A stretch of DNA of 63,986 nucleotides, filler included, from Phoronis australis (Eukaryota; Animalia; Phoronida): assembly GCA_002633005.1 (NCBI GenBank). It is 8 parts of 8 records of this genome, joined end to end, with 100 filler letters (N's around TTAATTAATTAA, not from the genome) between each part and the next. Parts side by side here need not be neighbours in the genome. Positions count along the whole stretch, not along the records: positions 1 to 24,049 come from NMRA01000467.1; 7 more parts are not named here. One strand, given 5' to 3'. Of the stretch, positions 1-13,039 are shown piece by piece. Below the pieces are notes generated by a model. That model saw only the letters and a list, made by a program, of their open reading frames with translations, searched no databases and was not told where the DNA came from. The position numbers and the translations under genes are program-made. Every line of letters begins with the position of its first letter. Within the stretch, counting starts at the first letter, position 1.

Positions 1-247
1 CGATAAAATGACACGTGATTGATGAGAAGCGCCATCTGTTTGCCGTAAAGGTTTTGGATGAGCGGGTACCTTTTGCGTCCCAGAATGTGTATAGAAACAC
101 TAATGCCTAGCACTTAACTTTTACTTGAAATTGTAAACATGACTTAACACTAAAGACGACTACTGACAATTGAGAACAAAAAAATTAATGCAAAGTAAGT
201 TTTACTAGAAGGAAAGCACGGCTTGAACTGCCCAGTTGCCATGGAAA

Positions 248-1795
248 AACAAGAGCAACGCAGAGCCTTAAAATATGCCCAGAGCAGCGAGACAAATGGT
301 ATGCTTCAAATGGTGTTTTTTAGTACCATAAATAGCCATTAAATAGCGCAAAATGCGTCAAACTGTATGAAATAGGGAAAGCGTCGTGATCTCTGTATTA
401 CAAAACTGTCAAATTTCATGAAAATCCACTACGGAATTCCAAATATACAGAGGTAGACGTAGAAAAAGACCACATCTACCAATTTTCATTGGAAAGATGC
501 TGTCCTCATCATAACATCAAGGAACTCAGAAGATATGAAGGAACAGGTAAAAAATAAAATTGCTACTGTGGACATTGCAGCACTCAGAACTGTCCAAAAG
601 TCATGGGCAGCCACTGACACATCTATAGGAAAACACCTGTATCAGCTGAAACCATGGTTGCAAAAATACACAAGAGCAACGCAGAGCGTTGAAATGCGCC
701 CACAATTGCACCGTATACGGTATCCTTTTAGGGTTGTTTATAGGTACCATAAAGTGGCCAGTAGAGGGCATATATGTAGTATGTTGTACTTTGCAAAATG
801 GAAANATGGAAAGGCATGGTCATTGTCTCCTCAATAGGCTAGGTTTCAAAATGTGAGTGATCTTCATAATACAAGCACATCCTATGCATCAGTTGCTTAA
901 AGCACCACAGAAACATAGAATTAAAAACAAATTTACCAACATACGAGATTAGCACAGCATTAGAATGCCAGAAACAAATTTCTACTTGGAACTTTTCCTT
1001 CATAGTCACGAAGTAACACAAAGTATACACCTGAAGACCTATGAAAATACAGAGGTCAATGTGAAATATTTAAATTGCCACTAGAGGCATACCGGTAGTT
1101 AGAATCATCCTAAAGTCGTCATAGTCCGTTGTCAACATCACATAAATACACTCGTTAAATTTAGTAAAGATCCTGCAAACGGTTTGGGAGATACAGTCAT
1201 GGGCGCAAAAAAACTGCCACTAGGAGGCTCCACAGTAATCAAAAACATGGGAAATTCAGCGTCAACCGTCCTCTTCATAGTAAGAACATACATGCCAATT
1301 TTCACAATCATACTTAGAGCGGTTTGGTTGATAGAGGGGTGGACGCCAAAAAACAGACTCAAAAACAGTAAAAATGGCCACTGGGTGTCACAAACTAGGT
1401 TGAATCCATCTGAAAACGGGAGAATACCAAATTTCATGAAAATCCATTCAGGACTTGTGAAGATACAGAGGTAAACGTAAAAAAATAAAATGGCCACTAG
1501 GGGGCACACTGGTAGGCGGATCCATCCAAAAGTCGTCATCGTCTGTTGTTAACATCATATAATTATACTTATTAAATTTCGTAAAGATCCTGCGAACGGT
1601 TTAGGAGATACAGCCATAGGCGCATAAAAAACAAAACTGCCACTAGGAGGCGCCACAGTAATCCAAATCGTCTGAAAATCATTGTCAGCTGTCTTCTTTA
1701 TAGTAAGCACATACATACCAATTTTCACAACCATCCTTTGAGCGGTTTGGTTGATAGAGGGGTGGACGCAAAAATACAGACTCGAAAACAGTAAT
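248..1795. mobile_element. HINE/DINE-1-like non-autonomous Helentron-associated element (two nested termini, truncated)
   Basis: Terminus ACAAGAGCAACGCAGAGC at ~249 and again at ~670; subTIR ATGCGCCCACA at ~694; ~150-bp internal monomers; 670-997 nearly identical to 28279-28597. Confidence 0.75.
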
Positions 1796-3099
1796 GCGCT
1801 TTCCTCGCAGCTGCTTAGTTCGGACAAGCGGGAACGATGCCCAGCAACATAGCGGCATTCACTCTGCATATGAACCACTGACGTCGCTAGCGTCGTTTCT
1901 CACCTTCCTCACACGTTAACGCGACACCTCTTGGCAAGGTAAGGTCGACCGTATGCGAGGCGATGTGGATATAGACCGAATAAGACAGCAAAAAAAAAGA
2001 CTAATTAAATCGGGTGGCATTCTCCTTTAACTGTTCGCTGTTCGTTCACCAGTGGCAACTCCGGTCTTGGCATTGGTTTATCAACTTTAGTTCAACTATT
2101 GAAAGGAGGTAAAATAGAATCAACCTACAAATACGAAGTGTGTGACATTACACCAGCCTAAAACTTTATGTTGAATTAACTAAGGCGTGGTAAAATCAAA
2201 CCTTAAGTGATATCGCGGAAGCATAATTTCTAACTTTGGATATGAGACTTTTTATATAGTACATTATGCATAAAACAAACACGAAATTTAAAAATTTATA
2301 GCAAAATTGCATAAAAATCAAAATACAACGCTGGAATTACCTGAAATGTACAGGAAGCCTGTTGAGGGGGTGTTTTTTATCCTTATTGTTCATAACAAGT
2401 ATTATTTTACTTCGATTGAGTTCAATGAACTAGTATTTAGCTTACACATTCAAATAAAAGCTATAAATAATGAATAAACAAAAACCGGATTGGCTTATTT
2501 GAGTTAACAATGTCTCACGCATTCTCTGTGTAAATGGTCATTAATAACGTCCTGAAGACGACTAACAAACAAAAAGTACCTCATTTAATGCCATTAAAAG
2601 AGTGCGACTTCGTGGAAAAAATAACCAGCCTTCTGAATTTTTATGGCACTCTAACTCTAAAATCCGATGTTTCACCAAAAAGGAGGTTTTTCAAAAGTAT
2701 TTTTGTAGAAAACTAATTTTTACTAATCTTAAGCTCAGCCGAAGAATATAAAAGGCATTGAAAACGAGATTTTATCAACAAAAGTTTTTTTCTCATGTTC
2801 GGCTTCCCAACATCAATGATTTCCAAAACTAGGTTACGCGCTTTATTATCTCCGGGTCAAAAAGAGTTCTGTCGCCGAAAATCCGGGGCGGTCCTACTAA
2901 ACATATCGTGACTTTTGAGACAATTTAGTCAATATAATTTGATCATATCCATGACAATCTGTGGCAGTTCGCTCGACCTTTCCTCACAGGGTGCCATTTT
3001 GTGGAAATGGGGCTATTCGGAAAATCTACAATAACTAGAGAGCGTGCGTGTACTAGTGGTGATAGATTAACAGCCTCGATTTCGCGAGCCCTTTAAATA

Positions 3100-6000
3100 C
3101 ATGGTGAAATGGCTTGCAGCCGTGCCAACTAAATCCGAGATTGCGTAAAAAGGGTGCTTCTATGAGAGGAAGTAAGCACGACCTCATACAAAGGTAAGGT
3201 TTGTGAATATTTTAACGATTATTCAATGAATTCTATCGATGCCTGTTAACTGAGGCACTTGCCGATGTCGACTTCGCGGCAGTCAGTCGCCAGCCAGAGT
3301 CTGGTTAATCTTTTTATGTTGCGATAAGTGATACGATACTTGACGTAGCAATCGGGATCTTTTCGTACATCAAAGCATTATTATTGTTTGGAATGATTTC
3401 TAAAAGTTTATCAGTGACAGTTACATCAATCAATGCTGAATGTTTATCCTGTCAACTCGATACAGGTTAATGAGTTAAGATTACAATCCAGTCCCAATGG
3501 GTACGTGAGTGATAAATATCCATTGCATTAGACTAGTATTTGTTTACTCCCTATCATATGTCTTCTGGAAATCTATTACACGTTGAAATGAAAATCTATC
3601 ACGTCAGTTTTCACGTAACCTTTGGTTTTTAGGTTTGAAGGCTTGTACCGTGCATAGGAGATATGCATCGCTTCTGCACCATCCCTGAATGGACAAAAAT
3701 TGGTTTTTAGCATTTGACTGCAGCTAACCAACAAGATCTTCCCATTCAGTGCAGATCTGTTGTCAAAGCCTACTTTCAATATTGGAGACAACGAACAAAG
3801 CCTTTGAAAAGGAACAGCTATTTTTAAAGTCATTTTGTTAAATTACTTATTCAGGTCCCGAGGGGGGATTGGCATGGGGGTTGTAATATTTGGTACAACT
3901 GAATGTGTGGAAATAACAGGTAATACATGTTTGGGGAAAAGAGCATGGTGAGGTAATTCTTAACCTTCACGAAGTCCCTTCAAGTTGATTTCATGAAACT
4001 GTTTTGCTACTTGTATCAATTGTAAAACCACGAAAATATATTACATTTTCCGAATTCACAGTGACTGAATAGTCTTAACTCATGCCTTGAAATGTTGCAA
4101 GTCGTTATAAATTCAAATGACTGCCATTTTTGTGAAAATTGCATTTTTGATGGTGCCTTACGTTTTGTAATTACTCTTAAACAACAGAAAGATTATCCAT
4201 CATTTTTAAATGACCCAAGTCTTCATATCTTCTATTAGAAGAAAAACGGTTCCCTCAACCTTAGGCTAGAAGTATGCTTGACAGACCCATGAACCTGTAA
4301 TCTGAGTTTAAAATTGCTGAAAGTATCAAAATTAAAAAGGCTTGAAAATGGGTAACAAAGGTTTGAAGTTGTCTCAAAAAACTTGTATATTTTACAGACA
4401 AGTGATGCGTTTAAAGAATTGTTATGGCTAGGGATAAAAAATAAAGACACGGTTTTATGCAATACTCATTATATACACCCTTGGTTTCTGAAAATAGTAA
4501 TTATTTACTTTTATGTGAAACTGTAGACCAATCACCATATATTTTTGAAAAACAGGGATAACATTTTTGATCCAATCTGGAGTACTTAATTATTCATATT
4601 TCAATATTTGTTCCAGGTTCAGTGACATTTTAAGGCCACTTCAAGCTGTATCATAGACAAGCTTTGTTACTCCGTTCTCTTCCCACAGTTCTTCCACACA
4701 CCAGCAGTGCTGCATGGCACAATGTGCAAGTCAGTGGCCCTGGAGAAATGTGAATCGCAGTACTAAGTTACCATAAGACAATGTACCAGTGGACTGTCTG
4801 TGTATCCAGACGAACTACATGTATATCTGACCGCTACACAAATAAGCCTTGTTGGTGAGGATGCCCTTTCATAGGCAATGAGTCATGTGTGGACAATAGC
4901 TTATTTCCTTTCCTGGAAGAAACATGAGGGACTGAAGCTAAAGAAGACCTAGTCACACTCTGGTCTAGTTCAGAGTATGATTTTGGGCTCAAAACGATTC
5001 AAGTGATATGCTACTGTGTTTACCTTCAAGGGTCTAATTGTGGATGTTATTGAGGCTGAACGAGGTTACATGAAAGAAAGCCACGTGTTGAAACTGGACC
5101 TTTTTTCCAAGCGCTTCTATAGGCCACTGAAACTAGAATCCAGTGAAATGAAAGCCAAAAGCTGAGTGACCTTAAATTTTCCTTTCAGAAGAAAAGCTTT
5201 ATACTATTGGTAAAGNAGATTCGAGAATAAACCATTATCAGTGTATTTAAACACAAATGGCAAACTGAAAAAGCACAGAAAGAAACAACATTGGAGGGAG
5301 TCCATAATCAGGCATATCAGGTGCCGAATTTCTGAATTACGTTCAATTCTCTCAGGTTATTGCTGAAGGATTGCTTTTCACTTTGTCCAACGGTGAAATA
5401 GATGGTCAGGCGGTTGGTTTCAGTTGTTTTTTCTTGCCTGTAACAAAATAGAAATATTAGCAAATTGGAAAAGAAAAGACAAGACAAAACTACTTTTGTA
5501 AGGCAGAACATACTTGACATTTCATCTTCATGTTTACGTGTAGAAACTAATAACCTTTGTACCCAAGTCTTATTTAATATCTGAATTAAAATATGTGAAA
5601 CAGGCTAAAAGTGATTAAGCAATGTGTATTTTTCATGACACTTAAAATGTGCTTCTGATCTCAACAAGTAAAATTCATTCTAGGTGTCAATTTATTTCCA
5701 ATGCAATGTTACGACATTTACTGAATTAAGGTTTATTCATGTTAATTCGATAACTGAGCTGGTGGTCCTGGGGGTGGGGTCCACGATANAAAAGTGATTT
5801 AACAATGTTACGACATTTACTGAATTAAGGCTTATTCATGTTAATTCATAACAGAGCTGGTGGTCCCGGGGGTGGGGTCCACGATAAAATAAGGAAACTC
5901 ACTCATCTAGAGAATTTTATTGGAAACAGTATAGTTTTGAAGAGAAACTGCTGTGAAAAAGTCACTCTTGACTTCTGTGCATCACGTACCATACACCTCT
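3100..6000. pseudogene. Decayed DNA transposon, KolobokP-like: SAP + YqaJ/PD-(D/E)XK nuclease remnants (+) facing Harbinger-type DDE remnants (-)
   Basis: Plus: LRKKGASMRGSKHDLIQ then GTAAGG donor (~3137-3193); SGLSVYPD..YLTATQISLVGED (~4788-4865); VFTFKGLIVDVIEAERGYMKESHVLKLDLFSKRFYRP (~5016-5130). Minus: weak PKIRGV..CTEV and SLQNYTVSNK (~5915-6010). Many stops and frameshifts. Confidence 0.4.
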
Positions 6001-7429
6001 TATTTTGGGAGCAGTCCCACCCAGAACAATATGAATATGTGCTGCTAGCCTACCCGTCATCGGTGAGTTTCCAAAAAGAAACATTTAGTTCCACACAACA
6101 AACCTGTTATTCAGTGGGATAACTGGTGGGGATAACGTCACCGAACGATGTTGATAGAAACTGATTGCTAAAAACTTCCCAAGTAATGTTGTGTAGTCTC
6201 CGAATGCCGGGAACTGCATAGTCATAAAGCACACACGGGGCTTCAGCATCCACACACTTTTTGTCAGTTAGTTGACCTTGTTGACCGCAATTGTCTTTTG
6301 GAAATTTGTGGCCACCTGTCGAAGACTTGTACCAGGGAAATTAGCAGTAATATGGCTTAGCGCGACGACGTATTTTGATAAAAATCCCATCTTTTACCAG
6401 TTGTTTACATGCAGACAGGCACGCATGCGCAATTCAATCACCACTAGTACAGCAGCGACACCGCGAGGAGAATTCTCCGAATAGCCCCATTAGTTGAGCA
6501 CTGTGTTGATTTCTGGAGTTGGAAAGAGCTGCCGGTTCGTTATCATTTCAGACCGAACTCATAANGCGACGACGTATTTTGATAAAAATCCCATCTTTTA
6601 CCAGTTGTTTACATGCAGACAGCCACGCATGCGCAATTCAATAACCACTAGTACAGCACCGACACCGCGAGGAGAATTCTCCAAATAGCCCCATTACGAG
6701 AAATCACGCCCGTTGACGAACAAAAAGTCCACAGGACACAAATCTTACACAAATTCCACCCGATACCTTCCCAAACTATTTTTGTGAGTGTCACGCGCCA
6801 GGTTTGCGCTTCGCTTACTCTCGCGATAGTCCTTGCCTAACTCACGTGACGTCAGGTGAAATACTATGTGGTTATCGCTCGCGCTGAAAAATTTAACGGC
6901 GTCCAAAAAGTGCAGCAGTTGGAATTCTTCGCTTAAGTCATCTTTCCCGTAAACATGCTTCATCGTACGTACGGAACCAGAAAGGATTTCTGAAGAAGAA
7001 AGTTGCGCTTTTAAAGAGATAATTTTCAGGGTAAAATGTATTTTTGACGACGTGAAAACCTCGTAGTCGGTGAGCGGATTTCGCCTACCGCCCGTCTAGG
7101 CCTACACGGAACGAAATTATTACAGAAAGCGATGGGGAGTATTGCAGACCCTAGCCAGCCAGCAGAGGGGCTACTTGTTGTCTATCACTTCTTGTGTCAA
7201 GTATCCTATTGCTATGTTGTGCAAGGTTCGTTATGTCCTGGCCTTTACTATCATGTTTCACGACTACCCACTGAGGTCTCATTTTTACTTCTTGCCTTAG
7301 ATGAATGAAGTGTACATTCGAAGTGCGGTCTGATATAAATTCTTTAAAACAAATTTCTATTGTTTGTTCTTTAAACGATGTCGCTCGGGGAGCTTCGGCA
7401 TAGATGCGATCCGAACAAAAGGAGTATAT

Positions 7430-10070
7430 GTAGACAATAGGAAAACATGCAGAAAGAAGTTATCTAATAATCAATGTCGAATTATTTTTAACGAAATCTG
7501 CATCAGTGACATGTGTTCAAATGAATTTAAACAATGAATACGTTGCAAAACAGGAACGCCCAGCCCTCCACGGGCCTTATAAGTCATTATACAAAAAAGA
7601 AGAAAGCAAGTGTACACGCATTGCAAGAGAACCAAAAAGAGAACACAGAGAAAAGAGTGATCATATAGAAATATAAATACAATTTTTCCTTACTTCAAAA
7701 ATATTTTTGATGAAAACTGAAGTTTTTCTGATAATATCTTTTCGCATGCTTGTAATTAATTTTTACTTTCACAGCTTTCTGCACGAAATCGGCATTCAAA
7801 CAAACACCTATTACAAGCCAAATCATGCAAAACATTCTTAGAGTGAGAGAGATTAACTAACGTAAGTTATGTAAACAATCCAAAATCCGTAATTCTTCAA
7901 AAATGTTCAAAGCTTCAGAAGACCAATTATTAGTGCAAGTAGTGTAGTCCCACCAAAATTTTCGATATGTTAGTCTATCTTCCTTGAAATTAATAACACA
8001 ATTCCACATTCTCAAAAGCTCAATTTTCCGCCTAACACTGGGGAATTCCCACCCAATGTCACCCATAACAGCATAATTAGGAGCGAATTTGTGAACGCCC
8101 AAGAAAAATCGCGCGGCTCGATTCTGAATGACATCATAACCCTGTAAACTAGAGCCACCTCAGACCCCTACACAATAATCTCTAACAGGCACAACACATG
8201 CATTGAATAATGTAGTGAATATTCTGTGCCTCATATGTTTATTCCTTTTAAATTTATTCATTAAAGTTCCCAAAGATCTTCTGGCAGATTCGGACAGAGT
8301 TTTAGCAGTTTCAGAAAACTTCAAATGGTCATTTGAAATTATTCCTAAATATTTATAATTGGGTACATATTCTAGGTCTAGTCGACCCAACCGAAATGGA
8401 TAGAGACTACGAGACACATCCTTGGATCTGGAGTGAATAATTTTAGTTTTTTCCTGATTGACAACTAATTTGACTGTTTTAATTCCGTTGCCAAATCATG
8501 CAAAAAGACATCTCCTTGTTAGACCCTACAAGGTGTATAAAACCAGTCCATAAATAGGCATTATTAATTTTAACACAGGATTGAGTTTCGGCATAGATAG
8601 GCTATTTTTAACCGATTCATAAAACTTTCCAACTATCTTCAGATCCAGCATTTTAAGAAGTAAACTATTTCTGTCTGCGCAGTCAAAAGCTTTTTGCATA
8701 TCAATAAAAGTCGCAAATGTGGATTATTTGTTATTTAAGGGGTTAAGTATAACAGAGGTCAAAACAAAGATATGATCAACACATGCTCTGTCACGACGAA
8801 AGCCATTTTGCTCATTAACATGGAGCCAGTTTTCTTCCGCGTACTCAAACAGTCTATTGTTCAATACACTACTATACAACTTGTATACGTTGGACAGCAA
8901 GCTGATACCTCTATAGCTCAGTAGGACGCGGGTCCTTCTCTGACCCCTTTGGGATAGACATAATAACGGATTAGGCCCGTAAACTAGAAAGCATGCCGTA
9001 ACGAAAAACCATTTAGAAGAAATAAGTCAGTAGCGGTATCATTTATATACCTCATAACATATTTGATCAATTGCTACTGCTTTATTATATTTAGATTTCA
9101 TCACTAACCGCTTTACTTCATCGCGAGTAATATTTTTTTATTCAAAATACTATTTTCATCAAAGTAAATATAAAAAACGACTCAAGATCAGCTTTTTTGA
9201 GTTTTTTGAGAAGCATATCAGCATAAAAGTCCCGGTCAAAATTATCTACTGTTGGACTATTGTATAACGATTCATACTCGTTCTTCCATTTATTAAAACA
9301 TATTGGTTATTGGTATTAAGGTTTCCAGTATCATCGTATACCGCCATGGGTATTCTCTTTCTAAAGGGGGGCCCAGGTTCTTAATATACTTCCAAAATTT
9401 TGTTGGATTATTGAAATTTTAAGATTCTATAAGGACAGCTTAATCTCACAAAAATTTCTTTCGATCCTCCTGCTGACTTTATCAAATAGTTCCTGGGCAT
9501 TTTGAAATTGGCGTCTCAGTAAAGAGCGTTCTTCTCGAGAGCCGGTGCATTTCAAAAACTTTTTTCCTTGAAACATACATCTTTCCAAAGCTCGGACTAT
9601 TCAGCACACCAATAGGGTTTGCTTGCTTTAAATTTCCTTCTTACCTTCTTTGAGTTACAGCAAAATAATTTTCTTTCCATCTCATCAAATATACACTTAC
9701 AAAATGTACTGTACATATAGTCAATGTTTTCTTGGGTTGCTCTGCAGACCAAAATACAATCAATTAATTCTCGCATAGCAGTATTAAAAGTTAAAGAATT
9801 CATAAAGTCTTCGGGAATTGACCGAACTGTGTGTCTCTTTGGGGAATCGATGCGAAAGGTTGCCATTATCTTGTAAGGAAAAATCAAAGGCAAGTGAAGA
9901 ATGATCTGGCATATGGCAAACACCAGAAATCTCACTCAGAAGATCAAATTTGTCTACCAATTCTACAGGTGTATAGATTTGAAATTTCAGACAATTAGAT
10001 AAATTTTCATGTTGCGTAAGGACGTAGTCAACAACAGAAAAACCCCTTCCAGATACGAATGTATAGAGTC
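7430..10070 (-). mobile_element. Dead, 5'-truncated non-LTR retrotransposon (LINE; endonuclease C-terminus + reverse transcriptase)
   Basis: Minus-strand fragments FVSGRGFSVVDYVL; RGISLLSNVYKLYSVLNNRLFEYAEENWLHVNEQNGFRRDRACVDHIF; FIDMQKAFD; YKYLGI; LGVHKFAPNYAVMGDIGW. Multiple stops and frameshifts; YADD segment missing near 8470. Confidence 0.9.
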
Positions 10071-10101
10071 AGCTCGCTATAACTGGCCTTTCAGGAAGTC
10101 A

Positions 10102-10385
10102 GAATAGCCTATACAAAGAAACGTGAATAGTAATATCTCCCGAATAGCCTATACAAAGAAACGTGAATAGTAATATCTCCCGAATAGTCTATACAAAGAA
10201 ACGTGAATAGTAATATCTCCCGAATAGCCTATACAAAGAAACGTGAATAGTAATATCTCCCGAATAGCCTATACAAAGAAACGTGAATAGTAATATCTCC
10301 CGAATAGCCTATACAAAGAAACGTGAATACTAATATCTCCCGAATAGCCTATACAAAGAAACGTGAATAGTAATATCTCACGAAT
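10102..10385. repeat. Minisatellite, 40-bp unit x7
   Basis: GAATAGCCTATACAAAGAAACGTGAATAGTAATATCTCCC repeated head-to-tail with only single substitutions. Confidence 0.97.
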
Positions 10386-12420
10386 TAAGCTTCAGCTAAA
10401 TGGAGCCTCGTTTGAATTAAAAAAACGATTGTGCTGATCGATCACCAATAACGTCATTGTTGACATAATGAGTTGTTTTGAATGCATATTACTATTGGAA
10501 TATGTGCCCGGCTTCTTTATAATGAATATCAACACGTTTATCGGCACTACAGTCAGTCTGGTCATGAAATAATTACAAGACTTTCAATGATAATTTCCAC
10601 AACTGACTCACGAACAAAAGGCTTAATTAAAAACGACATCAAAACATGTACACCTATACCGTCGATGTGCAAGCATGTTGTGCGATTCTGGCCAATTGGT
10701 TCGTCCAGGATTACACAGCTACTCTCGAATCTAGCTGTATTGTTCCCCAATGCCGTAAACATCCGTCGGTCATTTGCTGACTCGTCTTCGTGCCAGTGGA
10801 TTTTAACGTGCTTTTTTGTTGTCTGATTCTTTACAAGTTACCAATTTTTTCTCGGTTGCACTACTCTATTCGTCCGTCCAAACCCAACGAAGTATCACTG
10901 CTTTGGGCTGCAACTCCGACGTGAAAAAGTTTAATAAACTGGACAAAATACCCCTGAATGTATGATCTGAAATTCATTGCCTTCCCCACATCAATGACAG
11001 ATACGAAAATGTGCCCGATTTCCAAAACTGCTCACCACATTCTTTCGTATCTCTAGAACAAAGTAGAAATTCTCAATATTTTCATTGTGTAATCTGGGAC
11101 GACCGTATTGGTATGGAAGAAATATACAGCTCAATGATACTATTCAGTCACAACTTGCCCTAACAACCCGGGGGTACTCCAGCCAGGTATGCCCAGACTG
11201 TTTTTTGCTGTAGCTTAGGAAGGTTGTTTTTTCATGACCAGTACACCTATGAAATGATTAACGCAAAAGGGGTATGTTTTCCTACATGTATTTCAGTCCC
11301 AAAAAGCGTTCATTTTGGGACTCTACCAAAGGGTAGACCTTGCAAAAGATATACTCATTTTAGCAGCATGACATCTCTACTTGTATTATGTCAGTGAACA
11401 CGTTTATGGGTGAAAACTAGGACCCAACTAGGTCCTTCTAGATTAAAACAAATGGCTACCCAAGAATCCCTAGTTGATTAATACCGGTTTCATGATCACC
11501 GACTCGACGTGCTTTCAAGTTAGTGACGATAGTAGGTGATTGAGAGTGCTCCTGGCTCAGTGTTACCTGCATGCCAATACGCGGGGCCGTTATTCAGTGA
11601 CTATGCCCAGATGGGTTTTATCCAAACTCGATAAGAGTCCAGGTGGTACCGTACTGATAAGTCATTACCTGACTTTTGTATTGACTTCCTTATGCAAAAA
11701 TAACTGAGTTGATGGTAGAGAATGAGACCATAAAACAGTTTATTTGTTGCTTTAGTTACAATTCTGTTAATCTAAATTCGGCTCCAACAGCTACGTGTTT
11801 TAATGTCTTCGTAAGACACTTAAGACGACATTGTCGACAGTCTTCCAATTATAGAGCTGTTGGTATCATGAGTACTTTTGGCACCCGACCACACAACAGC
11901 CAACCATGATTAGCAGACGGCGTACTTGCCAGAAGTAAAACTTGCTAATTTTGCCAGGTGTCGCTAGTGAAAAATGACGTCACGGCTTACGCGTAAGATC
12001 AAAGATTTCGTCCATGAGTTGGCGGTCCATGCACTATAGTCTATGGCACGATTGAGTTGAACACTTCAGGTATTTCCGTAGCCTCGGATGCGCAGGGATA
12101 CTCCTCCGGTAACAGGCTTAAAAACAGTTAGCAGTACACCAGGAGATACCGGCCCGAAGGATTGAGGTTGACGTCGCCTACAACTTTTGAGATTTGTTAG
12201 GCTGAAGGTATAATTTGTCTTGACCAACCTTTTTTGCAGTTATCAATGAAGTTAGTGGCACATGTGCTAATAACTTTGATCTCCGAGGGAAAATTTGAGG
12301 CCACGAGTTTCGAATAATATGTAATATGCATAGGTACACGATAACTTCATATTAGGGAGAATACACCACACCTTCTTGTCGTTCGTGGTTGTACGATTTA
12401 CCGGATAAATCATAATGTTT

Positions 12421-12547
12421 CTAAAAATTTTCTTTGTTGAAAACAAACTGCGTCTCGGAAGGGTTTGAGCTGGAGAACTCGTTGCACTGCTTGTGTAGAG
12501 TAGATGACAGCACTTTTGGGCCACAGAAAAACACTCCAACCCTGGTG
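12421..12547 (-). CDS. NADPH oxidase (NOX2/gp91phox-like) last exon
   Basis: (N)TRVGVFFCGPKVLSSTLHKQCNEFSSSNPSETQFVFNKENF*; acceptor TTTACAG; canonical CGP and KENF C-terminus. Confidence 0.93.
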
Positions 12548-12833
12548 CTGTAAAGTAAAAACAAATTAAATGATAAACAACACTGTCCGTAGAGAATTTG
12601 TTTTCATTTTCAAAACGTAATCACATTCCATGACATTTATTTCATGCACTTTCGTTTGTGGTGTTTTAATTATCACACGGCCCAGCTGCAAGGGTTCTAA
12701 CTATGGTAACTGCTCTGAAGATTAAAGATTTGTTGGTCATGACAATTGACCAAATACGGGATTTTAAAATCATTTCCATAATACTTCGTTAAAACACGCC
12801 TGTTGGCTCAGATTAACATGGGGTCCACCTTAC

Positions 12834-12958
12834 TTTGGGTGATCTTGAGACAATTGGGTGAAAATCTGCGGCCAGTTGGGTCGACCGTAGTGAGTCTTCT
12901 GTCGTAAACCAGTGATTGGATCTTTTATGCTTCTATTATGCATGGCAATGTTGCGTGC
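12834..12958 (-). CDS. NADPH oxidase (NOX2-like) exon
   Basis: ARNIAMHNRSIKDPITGLRQKTHYGRPNWPQIFTQLSQDHP; AG/GTAAGG sites, phases match neighbours. Confidence 0.93.
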
Positions 12959-13039
12959 CTGGAAATACATTCTTCATTGTCAAGAAGACGATGATTAAAA
13001 TTCCATTTCGCCCTCAAAAATTGGCTAAAAATCAATATC

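Noticed and set aside
1138-1878. Recurrent 60-130-aa ORFs (also 20219-21093, 29275-29580, 54787-55144)
   Set aside because: Chance frames in HINE monomers and the GGAC microsatellite; stops not conserved between copies
5704-5887. ~85-bp tandem duplication
   Set aside because: Copies are separated by a single N (5789); typical of an unmerged contig or haplotype overlap
6361-6696. ~133-bp direct repeat giving twin ORFs 6272-6484 and 6494-6688
   Set aside because: Second copy starts immediately after a single N (6565) and differs by a few SNPs; most likely two alleles joined by the assembler
10102-10385. CRISPR-like appearance of this and the 18596 and 40943 arrays
   Set aside because: Head-to-tail units without unique spacers, no cas genes, eukaryotic context
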